Virus record (IMG/VR): IMGVR_UViG_3300016476_001378
Source of the DNA: a virus
Taxonomy: Duplodnaviria; Caudoviricetes
Direction: 5' to 3' (one strand)
Length of the DNA stretch: 64,000 bases
Positions within the stretch are counted from its first letter, which is position 1. Each line of letters begins with the position of its first letter. The notes below the pieces were generated by a model. It saw nothing but the letters and a program-made list of their open reading frames with translations, was not told where the DNA came from and did no database searches. The position numbers were made by a program, and so were the translations under genes. Below, piece by piece: positions 59,541 through 64,000 of the stretch.

Positions 59541-60023
59541 CTATTTTGTTGTTAATTTCATATTATTATAGGTTGTATATTTAGAAATGAGTATTCCGTC
59601 AAGATGATTAATTTCATGCTGAATAACTCTTGAAGCCAGGCCATGATAGCGTTCTTCAAATTCATTGCCGTATTCGTCTTGGGCATGAACATCAATCCAT
59701 TTGGGGCGAGAAATATTAACAGTTAAACCTGGTAGCGATAAGCAACCTTCCCAGTCTTCTGCAAATTCTTTGGAATGATCATAGATAATAGGATTGACTA
59801 AGATTTTAGGAGGCTTAGGGTATTCCTTGGCAGTTTCTATTGGCATGAATGCTATCATGCGTTTTAATTCTCCAACCTGAGGGGCGGCGATGCCCACACC
59901 ATTGTGCTGGAACATTAAAACTGTCATGTCTTCTGATAATTCCAACAAGCTAAAATCAAAATCAGTCACAGTTTTAGCTACTTTAGATAAAATGGGGTCT
60001 GGTGAATAAACAATAGTCCTCAT
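59541..60023 (-). CDS. def: Peptide deformylase
   Basis: GVGIAAPQVG, EGCLS, QHEINHLDG. Confidence 0.95.
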   Translation of the reverse strand: MRTIVYSPDPILSKVAKTVTDFDFSLLELSEDMTVLMFQHNGVGIAAPQVGELKRMIAFMPIETAKEYPKPPKILVNPIIYDHSKEFAEDWEGCLSLPGLTVNISRPKWIDVHAQDEYGNEFEERYHGLASRVIQHEINHLDGILISKYTTYNNMKLTTK

Positions 60024-60058
60024 AGAATCTTTTTTATAACTCTGTGAGGACTTTCCTG

Positions 60059-60601
60059 TTAAATGGTAATGCCTTGCAATTCTATTTTTTGCTTCATAAG
60101 CTTTTCAGCCTTTTTACAAATAGAACTTACATTTTGATGAGAACATCCAAGGATTTGTGAAATCTCTGCTGTTGAATAACCCTCAATGTATTTCATAACA
60201 ATTATTTCTTTTTGTTTATCTGTTAATGTATTAAGCGCAACCGATAAAATCTGTCTTAATTCAATACTAAGATAATCAAAATCTTCAAAAGCACAATTTG
60301 ACAAGTCTTCCAAATCAATTCTTGTATTGTTATAAGTTTTTACGTGAGCAGGATAATAGATAATTCCAGTTTCTTTGGTAGAAAATTTTCTTACATGGGA
60401 AAGAATCATATTAAAAACATGGGTTGATAATTTTGCGCCCCTATTTTTATCATAAGATCTTACAGCATCTATAATGCCTATTTTTGCTACTTGGTATAAA
60501 TCATCAAACTCATTTCTGCCAGAGTATTGACGGGCAATTTTCTTAGCCATGTTATCAAATTGGACAAGTGCTTCTTTTTCAGCTACATTATTCATTTGCA
60601 T
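60059..60601 (-). CDS. Small sigma-70 family RNA polymerase sigma factor
   Basis: Region 2 DDLYQVAKIGIIDAVRSYD...LSTH; region 4 LTDKQKEII...YSTAEISQILGCSHQNVS. Confidence 0.88.
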   Translation of the reverse strand: MQMNNVAEKEALVQFDNMAKKIARQYSGRNEFDDLYQVAKIGIIDAVRSYDKNRGAKLSTHVFNMILSHVRKFSTKETGIIYYPAHVKTYNNTRIDLEDLSNCAFEDFDYLSIELRQILSVALNTLTDKQKEIIVMKYIEGYSTAEISQILGCSHQNVSSICKKAEKLMKQKIELQGITI

Positions 60602-61175
60602 AAACCTCTTTGTTTTTTCTTGATTGGTTTTTCCAAATTTCTAAATCAAATTCTGCCATGTCTCTGTTTGATCTTTTTACATAATCTAAAAAGATCTTTT
60701 CAATATTTAAATACATTTTGATTGAAGAAGGAGTAGATTTTGGCACATTTATCCCTAACTCTTGTCTAATAAAATTAAGAATGTGCGTATCTAAAATGGC
60801 ATAATTTTGATTAGGTCTTGTATGGACAATAAAAAACCTACTTGTCTTAGGGCCTATACCATGGAAAGCTTCTAGCTCATCAGTTGAACATGTTTTTAAA
60901 TCTATACCTGATTTGGCTAGTTGGGAAAAAGTGGTTAGGAGTTTTTTATATTGTCCTATCTTAGAAGATTGAAGATTATCTAATAATGAACCTTCTTCAA
61001 GCATAAGATTAATTTTTTGAAAAGGAGAACCATTTGATTTATAAGATAAAAATGTTTCTAAATGCTTAGCCTGTATGTATGCTGTTTTACCTGCCACACA
61101 AGCGCAAAATAAAATAAGCTCTTCAAGCTCATCCTGAGTTCTGTTGTAATTTGTAATATTGTAAGGGTCTACCAT
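60588..61175 (-). CDS. HhH-GPD DNA glycosylase/lyase (Ogg-like)
   Basis: HGIGPKTSRFF, YAILDTH, Y..IE..F, DL.IW; likely start MVDP. Confidence 0.75.
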   Translation of the reverse strand: MVDPYNITNYNRTQDELEELILFCACVAGKTAYIQAKHLETFLSYKSNGSPFQKINLMLEEGSLLDNLQSSKIGQYKKLLTTFSQLAKSGIDLKTCSTDELEAFHGIGPKTSRFFIVHTRPNQNYAILDTHILNFIRQELGINVPKSTPSSIKMYLNIEKIFLDYVKRSNRDMAEFDLEIWKNQSRKNKEVYANE

Positions 61176-61197
61176 GTTATTATTATGGTGCATCGAC

Positions 61198-61223
61198 AGG
61201 TTTATAAGATTATTTTTTATAAT
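61198..61223 (+). promoter_or_regulatory. Putative phage promoter AGG-N17-TATAAT
   Basis: AGGtttataagattatttttTATAAT. Confidence 0.55.
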
Positions 61224-61247
61224 GACTCTTATAGGAGGGTGATTCAA

Positions 61248-61631
61248 ATGAACAAAATCGCTAAATCAGTTAAGCCAGACGAAATGGAAGGTGGACACAA
61301 GTCCCCACCTAAAGGATACCCACAAAAGGAAAGCAAGTATGCTGATCCTGTGAACTTTAAGTACCCTATTGACACAGAGAAACACGCTCGCGCAGCTTGG
61401 GCGTACATTCACCAAAAGAGAAACAAGAGCAAGTATTCTACAGAGGAATTTAATTACATCTGCGGAAGAATTAAAGCAGCATTAAAGAAATTTAAAGTTG
61501 AAATTGAAGAAGAACAAAAGAAGAAAGCAAGCATCTTAGAGGGCTTGCACAGAACAGCTTCAAGATTAGAAGATCTTGGTATGTTTAAAGAAGCTGAAGT
61601 TCTCAATGACACTTTTGATAAGTTAATTTAA
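61248..61631 (+). CDS. DUF6582-like protein with C-terminal shared tag
   Basis: Start MNKI (GGAGG SD); YADPVNFKYPIDTEKHARAAWAYI; ASRLEDLGMFKEAEVL. Confidence 0.7.
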   Translation: MNKIAKSVKPDEMEGGHKSPPKGYPQKESKYADPVNFKYPIDTEKHARAAWAYIHQKRNKSKYSTEEFNYICGRIKAALKKFKVEIEEEQKKKASILEGLHRTASRLEDLGMFKEAEVLNDTFDKLI

Positions 61632-61640
61632 GAGGGTAAT

Positions 61641-62018
61641 ATGAAACAAGTAGTCAGTAGCATTTGTGAAACTATAAATGAACTAGAAAGTAAGAACCTT
61701 TTTAAAGAGTCTGATACACTTAGGGGCATTCTAGTAAAACTTGTTACTGCAGACTTGCGTGATTGGTTTCAAGAAAAGTGGGTTGATGTCCGCCGAAAGA
61801 AAAAAGATGGCGGATATCATCCTTGTGGCAGAGGAGACATAAGTAAAGGCAAAAAGCCAGTATGCACCCCTGCTAATAAAGCTAAAAATCTTTCAAAAAA
61901 AGAACGAACTCAAAGAATGAAAGAAAAAGCTAGAAAAGAACGCGAACCAAATCCAGACAAAAAACCTAATGTAACACAATATTCAGAAGGTGCTGGTGGT
62001 AAATCCAATATATCTTAA
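61641..62018 (+). CDS. Basic phage protein with N-terminal shared tag
   Basis: INELESKNLFKESDTL; LRDWFQEKWVDV...PCGR...P.C.P. Confidence 0.7.
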   Translation: MKQVVSSICETINELESKNLFKESDTLRGILVKLVTADLRDWFQEKWVDVRRKKKDGGYHPCGRGDISKGKKPVCTPANKAKNLSKKERTQRMKEKARKEREPNPDKKPNVTQYSEGAGGKSNIS

Positions 62019-62038
62019 GGGGCCAAATTGGCCCCTTT

Positions 62039-62647
62039 TTAAATTAAAAATTCAGAATCTTCTATTTCTGACAGATTATCAAAGAAGTAATCTATAGAAT
62101 CCTGTCCATCAACAAGCATCATGGGTTGATAATGTGGTAAAGTTTTTAGGGCCCATTCTTTATTTTCTAAATGTTGTTTAATAAAAGTTTCAGCCCAAGC
62201 TTTATTCTTAAAAAACCGCATAGAATTTCCCTGATAAAAAGCGCTCATTGTCATGTTAGTACTACCATCCATGCAAATTGGGCTTTTTCTTTTATCTGGA
62301 TCTACTTTTACCATACCTTTCCAATGCCAGAAAGATCTTGTTTTAGAACTATTGGGGCCTGCAGATGTGAGTACAATGGAACTATTTTTAACTTTAGAAA
62401 ATAATTCTTTAATTTGAGGCTTGGCATACACACCTACTGCCTGTGTGTAGTCTAGCAACAGAGATTGTTTATAACCTTTACTATCTAACTCAGCTATTAT
62501 GTTAAAAGCCTCTGGAAGAGTAAATCCAAAGCTGCTAATAAATGAATCAGATGGTATGGCCAAAGTCTCTAAGAATCTTTCTTTTGCAATTTTGCCATCT
62601 TCTGGCAAAAAGTAATTATCTTCTTTTGCGTTACTAATTGTTATCAT
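62039..62647 (-). CDS. Phospholipase D-like (HxK) nuclease-fold protein
   Basis: FGFT, LLD..Q, WHWKG...GSTNMT.SA..Q.N. Confidence 0.65.
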   Translation of the reverse strand: MITISNAKEDNYFLPEDGKIAKERFLETLAIPSDSFISSFGFTLPEAFNIIAELDSKGYKQSLLLDYTQAVGVYAKPQIKELFSKVKNSSIVLTSAGPNSSKTRSFWHWKGMVKVDPDKRKSPICMDGSTNMTMSAFYQGNSMRFFKNKAWAETFIKQHLENKEWALKTLPHYQPMMLVDGQDSIDYFFDNLSEIEDSEFLI

Positions 62648-63029
62648 GGCTTACCCACTTTGCAACAATTGAAAATGGTTCTATGCCTGGCTCTAGAATG
62701 CAATTATAACTCATAGAAATAACCCCTGTCATGTCTTCTACAACTAAGAGGCCCTGGGTTTCTTTGATCATACTTTTAGCTTCAGAGGCAAAGGCTTCTA
62801 ATGTCATTTTTGCCAAAGTTAAAAAATTGCCTCTCATTTGAGTTTGCAAATCATTAACATCCATACTGTCATCTATGTTTTGGAAATACATAGCCGTGGG
62901 ATAAACTTCTGTGTATTCTGTGGTCAGGGGTGCTTCAGAATTAACTAAAGTAAAAGTAACAGCGATTTGATCGCCAGAAACTTCGGTGCTGTTTATAGTG
63001 TATGTTATATCAACATTAAAGTCGGCCAT
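62634..63029 (-). CDS. Hypothetical protein
   Basis: Likely start MADF (GGAG SD). Confidence 0.6.
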   Translation of the reverse strand: MADFNVDITYTINSTEVSGDQIAVTFTLVNSEAPLTTEYTEVYPTAMYFQNIDDSMDVNDLQTQMRGNFLTLAKMTLEAFASEAKSMIKETQGLLVVEDMTGVISMSYNCILEPGIEPFSIVAKWVSHDNN

Positions 63030-63090
63030 TTTTATTCTCCTATTGTTTCTTTTCAAATTATAAAAGAAAATAACCTCCCGAAGGAGGTTA

Positions 63091-64000
63091 TCATTCTACA
63101 TCAAATCGCTCGCCTGGGAACCATCCATGCTGTACCTGAAGTTGTTTGCACAACTTAAGATAAGCAACAGTGGAAGGGGTTGCTATACGTCCTTGACGAG
63201 TAACTTTAACTAGGGCCCCATCTATGATTTCGCCAGTAGTTGGATCTATAATCTCAATGTCTGGTTGACTCAAGAATGGCTCAATCATGTTTATCACATT
63301 TATCTCCTGCTGATTTATCATACCTGCAAGTGACTTAGAACCAATAGCTTTGCCTTTCTCGCTGTTTAACACGTTGAGATACTGGCGGGAACAACGATCC
63401 AAGCCCAAGAATGGATCTAAATCGAGGCCCTTAATGGTTTTCTCAAGGCATTCTAAATTATAGTCTTCTGAAGACAATACAGCCTTGTGAGAGGTGCCAT
63501 CTACATAGTCATGAAGATTCTTTAGTAGATGCATAGCTCTGCGCGGGGTACTTTGGCAAATCTTTGCCATGCTTTCAGTTAGGTCTTTGTCTAAGTCTAC
63601 ATTATATTTCTTCAAAGCAGACTTATTAATCATAAGTGAAAGCTCTTCGATAGTATAAGGCAGAAGCGATGGCTTCCAGCCGAATCGCTCCAAGAAAGGC
63701 TGATTGAGATTTCCAGCGTGAGTAGTCGCGCCTATCACAGTAAAGCGAGGGTATTCGATTCTTCCATGACCTCCACCCTCACGACGAATGTAATAGCAGA
63801 AGTCTTCCATGATAGTGTAAAACAATTCTTGAATCTCTTTTTTCATTGCATGAATTTCATCAATGAAGAGAACCATACCTTCAGTGACTGTTCGTTGCAT
63901 AAGGTGATAAAGATCAAGTTCTGTTTTAATGTTAGCAGCCATACACTCATGGAAATCTACACCAAGTTCGTTGGCAATAATTTTGGCAAGGGTTGTTTTG
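63091..64000 (-). CDS. ruvB: Holliday junction branch migration helicase RuvB (5' end outside the window)
   Basis: Frame stays open to the window end: KTTLAKIIANELG (Walker A tail), LFIDEIH, MEDF, FTVIGATT, RFG, TPR, GLD, IEPFL, TRQGR. Confidence 0.92.
   Translation of the reverse strand, partial: KTTLAKIIANELGVDFHECMAANIKTELDLYHLMQRTVTEGMVLFIDEIHAMKKEIQELFYTIMEDFCYYIRREGGGHGRIEYPRFTVIGATTHAGNLNQPFLERFGWKPSLLPYTIEELSLMINKSALKKYNVDLDKDLTESMAKICQSTPRRAMHLLKNLHDYVDGTSHKAVLSSEDYNLECLEKTIKGLDLDPFLGLDRCSRQYLNVLNSEKGKAIGSKSLAGMINQQEINVINMIEPFLSQPDIEIIDPTTGEIIDGALVKVTRQGRIATPSTVAYLKLCKQLQVQHGWFPGERFDVE

Overview
AT-rich (about one third GC by eye), gene-dense 64 kb segment read in standard code 11. 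It looks like a large ('huge/jumbo') phage rather than a cell: short frequently switching operons, many ORFans, a tail-fibre-like protein, GH108 lysozyme, an HNH endonuclease, a small sigma factor and RuvB, mixed with isolated host-like genes (IMPDH/GMPR, purA, erpA/iscA, clpP, dnaK, trxA, trxB, def, amtB-glnK, feoA, marC, tmRNA) and about 14 dispersed glycan-biosynthesis-type genes. No rRNA, ribosomal-protein operon, capsid or terminase gene lies in the window, so the phage call is an inference. Three DUF1559 prepilin-type paralogues and barrel-less secretin-N proteins suggest an Armatimonadota-like (or PVC) host. Most notable observations: (1) three covarying hairpins with a fixed CAGC bulge and, in two of them, anticodon-loop-like tips directly upstream of a Ro60/TROVE-like DUF2828-vWA gene; (2) a ~30-aa tag shared by 8 unrelated proteins plus an MWYRxSQ N-terminal tag, whose genes mostly sit behind an AGG-N17-TATAAT promoter, a candidate late-regulon/virion-cargo sorting system; (3) at least 28 copies of the palindrome GGGCCC where about 1-2 are expected; (4) further unannotated structured RNAs at ~20.36-20.54 kb, ~24.03-24.16 kb and ~45.68-45.80 kb; (5) a tmRNA with a G discriminator. 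All product calls come from recognising motifs by eye; no searches were run.
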